Assembly (NCBI GenBank): GCA_963662545.2
Contig: CAXXLL010000003.1
Coordinates: 2,464,001 to 2,528,000 of the forward strand
Length of the DNA stretch: 64,000 nucleotides
DNA from: Gammaproteobacteria bacterium
GTDB taxonomy: Bacteria > Pseudomonadota > Gammaproteobacteria > Ga0077536
Direction of reading: 5' to 3'
The notes beneath the pieces were generated by a model. The model searched no databases. It was not told the DNA's origin and saw only the letters and a program-made list of their open reading frames with translations. Positions within the stretch are counted from its first letter, which is position 1; every line of letters starts with the position of its first letter. Shown here piece after piece: positions 43,589 to 53,621 of this stretch. The translations under genes were made by a program, and so were the position numbers.

Positions 43589-45103
43589 ATGGAAGGCGGG
43601 AGGATGTACACCGTGGACCTATATCTGCGCGTTCGGCTGGCCTGCCATGTTGATGGTCTGAGCCAGCGAGAGGCGGCAAGTCGGTTTGGCATTGCGCGCG
43701 AGACGGTGAGGAAGATGCTGCGGCATTCGGAACCGCCGGGATATCGGCGACGCCAGCCACCGAAACGCCCGAAACGGGCCCCCTTCACGGATATCATCGA
43801 CCGTATTCTGGAGGAGGACCGAACGGTTCACCGTAAGCAGCACCACACGGCGAAGCGTATATTCGAGCGCCTTCGCGACGAACATGGCTTCACGGGCAAA
43901 GAGACCATCGTGAAGGATTACGTTCGGGAACGGCGCCTTCGTCGGCGTGAGATGTTTGTGCCGTTGTCACATCCTCCGGGCCATGCTCAAGCGGACTTTG
44001 GCGAGGCGGATGCGATCATCGCCGGCGTCAAGTATCGGGCGCATTTTTTCGTCATGACACTTCCCCACAGCGATGCCTGCTTCGTTGCGGCCTACCCGTC
44101 AGCGACGACGGAGGCCTGGCTGGACGGGCACAACAGAACCTTCGCCTTCTTCGGCGGTGTTCCCCGATCGATTCTCTACGACAACGACAAGTGCCTGGTG
44201 TCGCGCATCTTGCCGGATGGCACGCGACAACGAACGCGAGCGTTCAGCGGACTGCAGTCCCATTACCTCTTCGAGGACCGTTACGGCCGTCCCGGCAAGG
44301 GCAACGACAAAGGCAATGTTGAGGGGGTGGTTGGCTACGCCCGACGGAACTTCATGACGCCGCTTCCCCGGTTCGCGAGCTGGGACGCCTTCAACGCTTA
44401 CCTGGAGGAACAATGCCGCAAACGGCAAGACGACGTCCTGCGCGGCCACCGCGAGAGCATCGGCGAACGGTTTGTGCGTGACCGCGAAGCGTTGAAGAGG
44501 CCACTGCCGGCACCGTTCGACGCGTGCGACAGGCAGGGCACGCGGGTCAACTCGCTGTCCCTGGTGCGCTACCGGACGAATGACTATTCCGTGCCCGTCG
44601 CCTACGGCCATCAGGAAGTCTGGATCCGTGGCTATGTCCACGAGGTGGTTATCGGTTGCGGCGCCGGGATCATTGCCCGACACCCCCGTTCCTGCGACCG
44701 GGAAGATAGGGTCTTCGATCCGATCCACTACCTGCCTTTGCTGGAGCACAGGATCGGTGCCCTGGATCAGGCCGCGCCGCTAGCCGGATGGGAACTGCCT
44801 GATGCCTTCCCAACCCTGCGCCGTCTCCTGGAGGCGCGCATGGGCAAGGCCGGCAAGCGGGAATACGTCCAGGTCCTTCGGCTTCTGGAGACCTTCGATC
44901 TCGAGGTGCTTCACGGCGCGGTGAAGGACGCCCTGCGCCTGGGCGCGCTCGGCTACGACGCCGTCAAACACCTTGTGCTGTGCCGTATCGAGCGACGCCC
45001 GCCCAAACTCGACCTGGATATCTATCCCTACCTGCCTCGGGCCAACGTGGCGACCACGGCCGCCGCCAGTTATATGAGCTTGTTGGGTGGAGGCGCGTCA
45101 TGA
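43589..45103 (+). CDS. istA: IS21 transposase IstA
   Basis: 504 aa, same as copy 1 apart from a few substitutions. Confidence 0.95.
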   Translation: MEGGRMYTVDLYLRVRLACHVDGLSQREAASRFGIARETVRKMLRHSEPPGYRRRQPPKRPKRAPFTDIIDRILEEDRTVHRKQHHTAKRIFERLRDEHGFTGKETIVKDYVRERRLRRREMFVPLSHPPGHAQADFGEADAIIAGVKYRAHFFVMTLPHSDACFVAAYPSATTEAWLDGHNRTFAFFGGVPRSILYDNDKCLVSRILPDGTRQRTRAFSGLQSHYLFEDRYGRPGKGNDKGNVEGVVGYARRNFMTPLPRFASWDAFNAYLEEQCRKRQDDVLRGHRESIGERFVRDREALKRPLPAPFDACDRQGTRVNSLSLVRYRTNDYSVPVAYGHQEVWIRGYVHEVVIGCGAGIIARHPRSCDREDRVFDPIHYLPLLEHRIGALDQAAPLAGWELPDAFPTLRRLLEARMGKAGKREYVQVLRLLETFDLEVLHGAVKDALRLGALGYDAVKHLVLCRIERRPPKLDLDIYPYLPRANVATTAAASYMSLLGGGAS

Positions 45104-45870
45104 CCGATACGCCGCAAGTGTTGCTGGCCCATCACCTCAAGACCCTGAAACTGCCGACGTTCCTGCGCGAATACGACAAGCTGGCCCGCCAATGCGCCAC
45201 CGAGGGCGCCGACCCTGTGCGGTATCTTGTCCGTCTGACCGAGTTGGAACTGAGCGACCGTGAGCGCCGCATGGTCGAGCGGCGGAGCAGACAGGCCAGG
45301 TTCCCCGCCGTCAAAAGCCTCGACAGCTTCGACTTCAAGGCCATCGCCTCGCTCAACAAGATGCTGGTTCTGGAGTTGGCGCGATGCGAATACGTAGAGC
45401 GTCGTGAGAATATCATCGCGCTCGGCAACAGCGGAACCGGCAAGACCCATATCGCCCTCGGTCTCGGTCTGGCGGCCTGCCAAAAGGGGCTCTCCGTCGG
45501 CTTCATCACGGCCGCCGCCCTGGTTCATGAACTGATGGAGGCCAGGGATGAAAAACGCCTGTTGCGCCTGCAGAAGCAACTGGCAAAGTATCACCTTCTG
45601 AGCATCGACGAACTCGGCTTCGTGCCGCTCTCGAAGACCGGCGCCGAGCTGCTGTTCGAAGTCTTCAGCCAGCGCTACGAGCGGGGCTCGATCATGGTGA
45701 CCTCCAACTTGCCGTTCGATGAGTGGACGGAGATATTCGGCTCGGAACGTCTGACCGGGGCTTTGCTGGACCGCCTGACCCACCCTGTCCATATCCTGGC
45801 AATGAACGGCGAGAGCTATCGTCTCAACCAAAGCCAAAAACGGCGGAAATCCCCAAATACGCCTGCTTGA
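45100..45870 (+). CDS. istB: IS21 helper ATPase IstB
   Basis: GNSGTGKT and IDELGF; ATGA overlap with istA. Confidence 0.95.
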   Translation: MTDTPQVLLAHHLKTLKLPTFLREYDKLARQCATEGADPVRYLVRLTELELSDRERRMVERRSRQARFPAVKSLDSFDFKAIASLNKMLVLELARCEYVERRENIIALGNSGTGKTHIALGLGLAACQKGLSVGFITAAALVHELMEARDEKRLLRLQKQLAKYHLLSIDELGFVPLSKTGAELLFEVFSQRYERGSIMVTSNLPFDEWTEIFGSERLTGALLDRLTHPVHILAMNGESYRLNQSQKRRKSPNTPA

Positions 45871-46337
45871 CCACCGAACTCAAGGTTGACCCGGTGGGTC
45901 CACAGGAACCTCCCACGCTGCTTCGCTCCGCGTAACGCAAGCGCTACACGAAGCAGCGCGGGTCCCTCCTATGGACTACCGGGACAACCCCCCCAACACT
46001 GCGTACCGCATAACGTTAAGTGGACTGGTTTTGCTCCGCCCGGGTGGACTAATTTTGCTCCGCCGTTGACAAAAGGCGTCCAAGATGAAGAAAGTATCGG
46101 AAATATGCTACCGATTCTACGATAGAAGACACGAAATGATGCTACTCAATGAGGCCTATCCCCATGTTGCGTTCGCATGCCTTATAGACCGCTATAAAGG
46201 CTCCGAAAAACAATTCGATCCTAAAGTTCACAGAGGAAAACTTCATGATCTTGGGACGAGCAGACAAAACTTTGACGGGGCTCTGTGCGACATTGATGAA
46301 TGTTGGCCGGATTGAGCGCGAAAACTTATTAACCCCG

Positions 46338-46688
46338 CTATGCTTCATAATATTTTCTTCGTTCACGCTCATTGTGAAATGCTAAAGCCATCTCAGCTAC
46401 AAGCCAGATCGTAAAAGCCAAAGCCCATACTAGGCAGCCCGAGTCAAAATGCAGGAACGGCCACCAAGCGCCAGCAGCCATAGCGAGACAAATACCTAAG
46501 CCTACGCAATCCCCGAAGCTCGGCGGGAGCTCCTTCAGCCAATAAATCAACACTGCCCACAAAAGGCTCATGATAAAAAGCAAATACCCAAAGAACGCAG
46601 CATTTTCCCCGCTAGAAAAACCACCGATAAGCTGAAGGACCACCCCCACACCACCTACAATCCCACCGAACCAAAGTGCTTTACGCAT
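46338..46688 (-). CDS. Hypothetical multi-pass membrane protein
   Basis: RBS GGAGGAGG before MRKALW; about four hydrophobic segments; low GC. Confidence 0.6.
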   Translation of the reverse strand: MRKALWFGGIVGGVGVVLQLIGGFSSGENAAFFGYLLFIMSLLWAVLIYWLKELPPSFGDCVGLGICLAMAAGAWWPFLHFDSGCLVWALAFTIWLVAEMALAFHNERERRKYYEA

Positions 46689-46715
46689 ACCTCCTCCATT
46701 AAGATGTAAGGCTGC

Positions 46716-47000
46716 TTGGAAACCATCTTTTCCCTGGCTATTTGGGCAGCAATTATATTTTTCGCTATAACCGCCTACGAGAAAATTTTCCAAGAATGGA
46801 CCGGGTGGGTTTACCCCTCAAGCGCTAACCTCATGCATGATATAAACATAGGAACCTACTCCTCTCTGGAGGAGTGCAGAGGAGCAGCCCTAGATGAAAT
46901 ATCTGACCACCCGGAGTGGGAAAGCCCTGACTATGAGTGTGGCTTGAATTGCGAGCCCAGCGGATACGGGATCAACGTCTGCAAAAAGACGCTTCGTTAG
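46716..47000 (+). CDS. Small Cys-containing membrane-anchored hypothetical protein
   Basis: Transmembrane segment then WTGWVYP...GTYSSLEECR...YECGLNC...C. Confidence 0.6.
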   Translation: METIFSLAIWAAIIFFAITAYEKIFQEWTGWVYPSSANLMHDINIGTYSSLEECRGAALDEISDHPEWESPDYECGLNCEPSGYGINVCKKTLR

Positions 47001-47130
47001 TTCTCGCCCTGCGACAGCCAGAAATGAGGGATTGACTCCCGCCCTGCTTGCAAGTCTCTTAACACCACTGAATGGAACTCAATGCACTAGCTACTGCGCC
47101 GGCCATATAGTTCCTCCCTGGCGTCTAAGC

Positions 47131-47391
47131 CTAACTCCTGAACTGGAGTATTAACGTGGCTATGGCAGCTTGACTTACCCATCCTCCAGGGGCATGAAAA
47201 ACATCCGTGTAATCGCGCGCTATCTCTTCTGAGAACTCCTGCATGAAAGTCCTGACGCCCGGGCCTATCACACCTTGGAGCAATTCATACCTGTAGCTGA
47301 CGAACCCATCAGCATAGATGTTCTCACCAGGCTGCGCGTACTGCTGGGCATGACCAAGACCAGCAAACGCGATAAGGATAAGCACCCTCAT
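47131..47391 (-). CDS. Small secreted hypothetical protein
   Basis: Signal-peptide-like N-terminus. Confidence 0.35.
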   Translation of the reverse strand: MRVLILIAFAGLGHAQQYAQPGENIYADGFVSYRYELLQGVIGPGVRTFMQEFSEEIARDYTDVFHAPGGWVSQAAIATLILQFRS

Positions 47392-47468
47392 GACGCACAG
47401 GGGAAACGCCTACTGCTTCTTTTCAACCCCTATGTATTAGCTTCATGTTAAATGTATATTTAATCCTT

Positions 47469-47786
47469 ATGAAAACCACGATTTTAATGGTTGCGCTCGC
47501 CTACATCGTCGGCGCAGAGGCCGGATGTGAAGTCGATATTTCTGAGTACGTTGGTTGGCAGATTCAATCCTCCGGCACTGTCACAGGATATATTGACGAA
47601 AAGGGGGAAGAGATAGACGAATTCGAAGGCTGCGACTATGGGCGTGTCTTAATCATTGATTATTCCTCGACCGTTACTTGCGAAGATTACGGTTATTCAT
47701 ACGCATACATGCCTGACATAGTGATTATGTCTAACGGACCTAGATCTGAGGCCTGCATCGACGGAGACATGTACGACATTCGGTAG
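47469..47786 (+). CDS. Small secreted Cys-containing hypothetical protein
   Basis: Signal peptide; FEGCDYGR...C..Y.YSYAY.P pattern. Confidence 0.6.
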   Translation: MKTTILMVALAYIVGAEAGCEVDISEYVGWQIQSSGTVTGYIDEKGEEIDEFEGCDYGRVLIIDYSSTVTCEDYGYSYAYMPDIVIMSNGPRSEACIDGDMYDIR

Positions 47787-48053
47787 CCCTTGACCCCCTC
47801 AAAACCCTCACCTATGGGGACTATACGTGCGTAACAACGCCTACGTTTCGAAGGGTTACAGACCCCCCAATTAAAGCGATGGATCAATCCTAGGATGCTG
47901 CAAAATCAGGGGGAGCAGTCCGGCTTATTAAGCAATCGTACCCAAACCGCCATTTGCATAACGACTGCGTTTCCCTCGATAGTAGTGGGCGCGTTAGCGG
48001 TGTGAGATTGGCTTCAAAGTTCGTCCGACGCTGGCAAGAGCCCTACCCTCACA

Positions 48054-48166
48054 GCTGTCCGTCCGTCACAGCTCTATCGCCATAGGAAAAAGGGTTCTAT
48101 AGAGAAGTAAGTTAATTGAGATGGTTTCGCTGATCACACTTCAACGATGAGCTGTTCTCCCGCCAT
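48054..48166. repeat. ~110-bp direct repeat, copy 1
   Basis: Similar to 52460-52568. Confidence 0.8.
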
Positions 48167-48300
48167 GAGCGCCATTGGAGCTTTCGTAATACTGTCGTCG
48201 CTCTTTCCTCTCCAGAGCTTTGACCTTGGGCGAGAGTTTCTTGATGTTTGGTTAGCTCCTTGGTCTGCCCCCGTTGAGTGGTCCAGTTTGATCGTTAGTG

Positions 48301-49736
48301 CATGATCATAGGTCGGATCTTATAAGCCGTTGAAAAGAGGGAACCAAAAGCGCTCCATCCGATCAGATCATGAAATCAACACCAATCGACTTCGTGATCT
48401 GGGAGTATCGGATGAAGCACAGCGAAATTAGCACAGTGAGCCGGCAGTTAAAACGCACGCTAGGCGAGCGTACGCTCAACGACTTGGGGCGTGCAACGCG
48501 ATTCTGTCGCCGAGAAAGGGAGGTCACGCCGTTCCGTTTAGCGGTAAGCCTAATCGAAAGCTTCGCCGGGCACTCAGCGAGCTGTATCGCTGATATTCAA
48601 CGCGCTTTCAATGCGCTGTGCTCGACCACGGTGCGCTACAAACCGTTTCATAATCAGCTCGCCAAAAAACAGTTTCCGATGTTTATGCAAGCGCTGCTAA
48701 GCGAATTGCTCAATGGCCTGGCCTGCGATGTCCTCCGATTCGAACCCAACAGCCCATTTGCGCAGTTTGACCACATCCGCATCCAGGACGGCACCTCGTT
48801 TGCGTTAAAACCGGCGCTGAAGGACAGCTTTCCCGGTCGCTTCACGACCGTGAGTCCCGCCGCGGTAGAGCTCCATGCCGATCTCGACCTGCTCAGTGAG
48901 ACCCTGAACGAGGTCGTACTCAGCCCTGACAGCTCAGCAGAGCGGCAGTTCTTGCCGGCCGTTGAAGAGGTCGCTGGTGGTTTGCTGCTGGCCGACCGTG
49001 GCTACTTCGCGCGGCCTTACTTTGAAGCGCTCGACACCGCCGGCGGCTATTTCATCGTGCGCGCGGGTCAAGGTATCAATCCGCTGATCGTTGCCGCTCG
49101 TCGCGCCGATGGGCGGCGGGTCAAACGCTTTGACAAGCAGCGATTGAAAGCGGTGGCATCGACCTTAAAGCGCTTCGATTGCCTCGACATGGCCGTGCAA
49201 TTCGACGGCGTGCAGGGACCCTGGACCTGTCGTTTAGTCGTGCACCCCAACCTTAAAAAAGGTGCAGCACCTCGTTATCTCATCACCAATCTCGACGCCA
49301 CCACCTTTACGCCCGAGCATATTAGCGACGCGTATCGATTACGCTGGCAGGTCGAGCTGCTATTCAAAGAGTGGAAGTCTTACGCCAATCTACACGCCTT
49401 TGATACCGCCAACCCGCACATCGCCGAAGGGCTTATCTGGGCCGCACTATGCGCCGCAACGCTGCAGCGCTATTGCGCTCATGTCACCGAGCGCTGGTTG
49501 AACGTCGCCATCTCGACTCATACCGCGGCCAAGTGCATTCATCACGTGCTCGGTCCCATTCTCCATACGCTTATCCATCGGCCCCGCTCTTTACACCGAC
49601 CGCTCGAACACGCGTTGCGCTATTTGGCCAGCAACGCTCAGCGCGCAAAACCTGACCGCGATTGCATTTCGGGACGACTCAAGCTCGGCCTTCAGCATGT
49701 TCATGCGGCCGCTTAAGAACTAACCTATGAATGCAT
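48301..49736 (+). mobile_element. IS4 family element
   Basis: Imperfect inverted repeats CATGATCATAGGT / ACCTATGAATGCATG; inserted within an IS3-type end. Confidence 0.8.
48412..49716 (+). CDS. IS4 family transposase
   Basis: IQDGTS, LADRGYF and YRLRWQVELLFKEWK (YREK signature). Confidence 0.92.
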   Translation: MKHSEISTVSRQLKRTLGERTLNDLGRATRFCRREREVTPFRLAVSLIESFAGHSASCIADIQRAFNALCSTTVRYKPFHNQLAKKQFPMFMQALLSELLNGLACDVLRFEPNSPFAQFDHIRIQDGTSFALKPALKDSFPGRFTTVSPAAVELHADLDLLSETLNEVVLSPDSSAERQFLPAVEEVAGGLLLADRGYFARPYFEALDTAGGYFIVRAGQGINPLIVAARRADGRRVKRFDKQRLKAVASTLKRFDCLDMAVQFDGVQGPWTCRLVVHPNLKKGAAPRYLITNLDATTFTPEHISDAYRLRWQVELLFKEWKSYANLHAFDTANPHIAEGLIWAALCAATLQRYCAHVTERWLNVAISTHTAAKCIHHVLGPILHTLIHRPRSLHRPLEHALRYLASNAQRAKPDRDCISGRLKLGLQHVHAAA

Positions 49737-49863
49737 GATAGGCCTTGTATCTTGATGGTTGCGTAAGCTTCCCTGTCAAGTTATGGCGTTGGCTTCGCGA
49801 TTTATGGAGAATAGGTGGCGACTGACGTGTTAACTAATTTTCTAGAACAATAGACGGGGAGGT

Positions 49864-50619
49864 GTGTCAAGAAGTGGCAACTTAGAGACGATGAGCAAGA
49901 GCAATGGCGACTGGGCTGAACGCAAGAATCTACAAATCACCGAGTTGGCGTCGGTCACCGAATTCGCTGGAGAAATCCTTCCACAAGGAGAACGAACGAT
50001 CGAAGGGTCTCGTTTGCATGGCACCGCTCTACTCACCCATAGCCTTGAGCTCTCTCGCGGCATCCGGAGGTGTATGGAAGATGGGTTGCCCGGAGCAGCC
50101 ACTGCTTTGGCGCGCGCTCAGTATGAAGCTGCGCTGAGGGGGCACATTATTCTGCATGAAATCGAGCTCGATGAGCTCAACTCGATTCTGAGCAGAGTGG
50201 CACGATGGATAGAGAAACGGGAAGAGGGACACGGCCGCAAGGGTCCACCAAAGATCGAACTGGACCGTTATAGATGGCGGTGCGTTGTTGGCGCACTCGG
50301 GGGCACGCAGGGTTACGTTACCGACTGGCAAGACTTAAGAATAGAACCCGCGAAATTGTACGTAACTTCCATTGCAGATATATCCATGCTGCATGATTTG
50401 ACTCATTCTGGATTCACACAATCCGTCCAGATGCTGAACGCTGAATCAGAAATTGGACCCCACTATAGTGAACGAAATCAGGCGCTGTTGCTCCACTTCT
50501 CTATCCGTACGGCCATGTTCGCCGTAATGACGTGGCCCGGAATGGAGGATAAATTCGCCGCCAGAATAGAACGAAAAGTCGAATCCCTACGCGAAACCGT
50601 CTCTTCGTGGGAGTTGTAG
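49864..50619 (+). CDS. Hypothetical protein (DUF6988/DUF5677-like)
   Basis: 251-aa ORF with ALARAQYEAALRG and LHDLTHSG. Confidence 0.6.
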   Translation: MSRSGNLETMSKSNGDWAERKNLQITELASVTEFAGEILPQGERTIEGSRLHGTALLTHSLELSRGIRRCMEDGLPGAATALARAQYEAALRGHIILHEIELDELNSILSRVARWIEKREEGHGRKGPPKIELDRYRWRCVVGALGGTQGYVTDWQDLRIEPAKLYVTSIADISMLHDLTHSGFTQSVQMLNAESEIGPHYSERNQALLLHFSIRTAMFAVMTWPGMEDKFAARIERKVESLRETVSSWEL

Positions 50620-50749
50620 ATAACATCAGCGCCGCATCCTCGCCCGTCCTGAACGGTTCTACGACCCAAGAGTGCCATCCAATTGTCCTTGCTAATCAAA
50701 TAACCGCAATAACTACATAGGTTGAGATTGTTTGGGTCGACATTGTCCG

Positions 50750-52135
50750 GAGTTATTGTCAAAAGTGGTGTTCAGGCGGTTGAATCAAGCGGCGACCTGA
50801 TTGACCCTTGTCACCTCGATACCATCTTCAAATTTAACTCCAGTAATCACCTTGGCCAGATAGTCGAATCCACGTAGGCGTCGCCAATTCTTCTGCGCAC
50901 ACCGCCCCAGCTTGAACATCATATGGAGCATGCCGTCCCGAGAGAGACAGCCCTTGGAGCGCCGGGTCCGGTGCCGGATCGTAGCGAAGGTGGATTCAAT
51001 CGGATTGCTCGTGCGAATGCTTTGCCAATGTGGTGCCGGAAAATCATAGAACGCCAGCAACTCCTCACGGTCTTTCTGTAGGCACAGGGTCGCCTTGGGA
51101 TACTTCGGTTCATAGGTCTTGAGGAACAGCTCGAACGCCTTCTCGGCGTCGGCCTTTGTCGCGGCCTGCCAGATCGCGTGCAGGGCTTGCTTGGCTTTGG
51201 CCTGTGCCGACTTCGGTAGGCAGTTCAGCACGTTCATCGTCTTGTGCATCCAGCAGCGTTGCTGGCGGGTCTCACCGTAGACTTCCTCCAGTGCGGCCCA
51301 GAAGCCCATGGCACCGTCCCCGATCGCCAGCTTGGGAATATTCATCCCGCGTGACTTCAATTTCAGCAACACCTCGCGCCAGCTCTGCGTGGACTCCCGC
51401 ACACCATCCTCCATCGCCAAAAAACGCTTCTCGCCTCGCTCATTGACGCCGATCACCACCAACGCACACAGCTTCGTGTGCTCCGCCCGCAGGCCACTGT
51501 AGACACCGTCCGCCCACACATACACCCAGCGGTCCTGGTCCAATCGCCCCTCGCACCAGTCGCGGTATTCTTGCGCCCACACCTGCTTCAAGCGCGACAC
51601 GGTGCTCGCCGACAGGCCCTTCGCCTGCGGCCCCAACAAAACTTCCAGCGCAGCGCCCATTTCGCCACTGGAAACGCCCTTCAAATACAGCCACGGCACG
51701 GCCGCCTCCAGGGTTCTTGTCTTGCGCACATACGGCGGCACCAGCGCTGAACGGAAGGTCACCGGCTCGCCGAGCTTCGAACGAACCTTCGGGATCCTCA
51801 CCGTCACCGGCCCCAAGCCCGTCTGCAACTGGCGTTCCGGCAAATAGCCGTTGCGAACCACACCTGCTTTGTCGTCCGCCGTGCGATGTCCTGAATACTG
51901 CGCCATATATTCTGCCAGCTCGATTTCAACCGCTCGTTCAATCAGAGCCCGAGCACCGTTTCTCAAGACCTCCGTCAACGGATCTGGTATTCCTTCTCGA
52001 CCTGATAATTCAACAACGTTACTCTCTCTCATGGTGGCGTATCCTCTTTGGTTGGCTTGCTGCTTGGTAACAACATTTCAACCAGATACGCCGCCTTTAT
52101 TCAACTCGCTCAAACACCAGATTCAGTTATAACTC
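50750..52135 (-). mobile_element. IS256 family element, full length
   Basis: GAGTTAT...ATAACTC inverted repeats; 9-bp target duplication CATTGTCCG. Confidence 0.93.
50785..52032 (-). CDS. IS256 family transposase
   Basis: VRNGY, WADGVY, IGDGAMG, QRCWMH and RTSNPIES motifs. Confidence 0.95.
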   Translation of the reverse strand: MRESNVVELSGREGIPDPLTEVLRNGARALIERAVEIELAEYMAQYSGHRTADDKAGVVRNGYLPERQLQTGLGPVTVRIPKVRSKLGEPVTFRSALVPPYVRKTRTLEAAVPWLYLKGVSSGEMGAALEVLLGPQAKGLSASTVSRLKQVWAQEYRDWCEGRLDQDRWVYVWADGVYSGLRAEHTKLCALVVIGVNERGEKRFLAMEDGVRESTQSWREVLLKLKSRGMNIPKLAIGDGAMGFWAALEEVYGETRQQRCWMHKTMNVLNCLPKSAQAKAKQALHAIWQAATKADAEKAFELFLKTYEPKYPKATLCLQKDREELLAFYDFPAPHWQSIRTSNPIESTFATIRHRTRRSKGCLSRDGMLHMMFKLGRCAQKNWRRLRGFDYLAKVITGVKFEDGIEVTRVNQVAA

Positions 52136-52281
52136 CATTGTCCGGCATCAGACTAGTCATGCAGAAAACGCATTTGTCGAGCGTGCATTCGCACCATACG
52201 CAACCAATGTCTTCTTCATTGAGTACATGGTACTGAGTCCACATTCCGCGCAATCCTACAATGAGATGTCCAGCCCGATGG

Positions 52282-52445
52282 CTATAGACCATTTTCTGCC
52301 AAGCTTTCAGGGACTGGCGGACGCTTGTTTAGGGCCTGAGGTGGGCGGACGTGGTTGCATTGTTTAAGCCCGACGTTGATGGCGGCTTGAGCCTGTTTGG
52401 TCGTTGAGAACCACTCAGCATTGAGGATTTCTTTTCTGAGTGTGA
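52282..52445 (-). mobile_element. IS3 family 3' remnant
   Basis: RFNITLRKEILNAEWF...NHVRP. Confidence 0.7.
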
Positions 52446-52459
52446 TGTTGAAGCGTAGG

Positions 52460-52568
52460 GCTGTCCGTCGCAGATCTATCGCCATAGGGAAAAGGGCTCT
52501 ATAGAGTAGTAAGTTAATTGAGATCGTTTCGCTGACCATGCTTCAAAGATGAACTGCTCTCCCGCCAT
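52460..52568. repeat. ~110-bp direct repeat, copy 2
   Basis: Similar to 48054-48166. Confidence 0.8.
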
Positions 52569-52814
52569 TAGTCCCAGAGCTCACCAAATCGCTGCCATTA
52601 GGACATCTCTAAGATTGACGCTCTGTGTGCTCGTTTTTAAGAGCTCCTAATCTCGCGCAATTGGTGAGCTTTGGCGTACAGTGCAGCTTTTACGCTTTTT
52701 GTCGTGTCCGTCATCGAATAAGTTGAGGCCGATTCACATTTTCGTTAATGAAGACTTTGGTTTGTCGGTCCCCTGATTAGTTTAAAGGCACGCAGCAGCT
52801 TTCGCATGTCAACT

Positions 52815-52970
52815 CGATCATCGAGGCAGGGCGGAACGCGTACAACGAAAAGCGGCCGAAGAAAGGACTCGGCGGCTTCACGCCTTCCCAATACGCGAGG
52901 CAATTGGCAACGAAGTTGGATACAGTAACCGCCGGACTCTAATTCCAGACGCTGCTAAAGAAGGGGGCAT
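52815..52970 (+). mobile_element. IS3 family 3' remnant
   Basis: IIEAGRNAYNEKRPKKGLGGFTPSQYA followed by an end-like AAGAAGGGGGCA. Confidence 0.65.
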
Positions 52971-53183
52971 GCTTGAACTTCTTGACGGCTCTGTAAATAA
53001 CTCAGTTGATCACCCCGCGCAAATGCGCAAAATGCAACCGTCGGCTCTAGATTACATTGGATGATCGTTGGGGAACACAGCAAATCGTATCGACATCCTG
53101 ATCGTTCCAGGCTTTGGTCAGGGTTTCCAGCAATGGATCGATCGGCATGGTTGTAATCCCGTTGAAATTGGTAAGATCATGCA

Positions 53184-53621
53184 ATGCGCAAGGATCTCAC
53201 GGTTTCCGACCTCGGAGACTTATTGGAGCTTCCGATTCTCGCGACGCTCGCCACGCATCGTAAGGACGGCAGCATCCTACTCTCTCCCGTGTGGCACGAG
53301 TGGGCTGACGGTGGGTTTTCGATCTCGATCTGGGCGCAGGACATCAAGGCCAAGAATCTGGCGCGCGACCCCCGGGCTACCATCATCGTGGCGGAAAACG
53401 AACTCCCCTACCGCGGCATCGAGGTTAGCGGTAAAGCGACCGTCGAAGCCCTCCCCGATCTTATGCCGCTGGTGCGGCGCTTAGCGCAGCGTTATATGGG
53501 CAAAGAGGCGGGGCTCGCCTATGCTGAAACCTTCGCGGACGTCGCCCTCGAGCTTATAAGGCTCACGCCGGGCACCGTGAGGGCCTGGGATTTTAGGGAC
53601 GACCATGAGGAGACTCGATGA
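53184..53621 (+). CDS. PPOX class (F420/flavin-dependent) oxidoreductase
   Basis: ATLATHRKDGS..LSPVW and KAKNLARDPRA motifs. Confidence 0.88.
   Translation: MRKDLTVSDLGDLLELPILATLATHRKDGSILLSPVWHEWADGGFSISIWAQDIKAKNLARDPRATIIVAENELPYRGIEVSGKATVEALPDLMPLVRRLAQRYMGKEAGLAYAETFADVALELIRLTPGTVRAWDFRDDHEETR

Larger units (their letters stand above)
43490..46071 (+). mobile_element. IS21 family element, copy 3
   Basis: TGAGAACGGCGG...CCGCCGTTGACA; almost identical to copy 1 and inverted relative to it; no target duplication. Confidence 0.95.

Noticed and set aside
46072-48050. Integron cassette array
   Set aside because: ORFs alternate in orientation, there are no convincing attC R''/R' pairs with L boxes, and no intI
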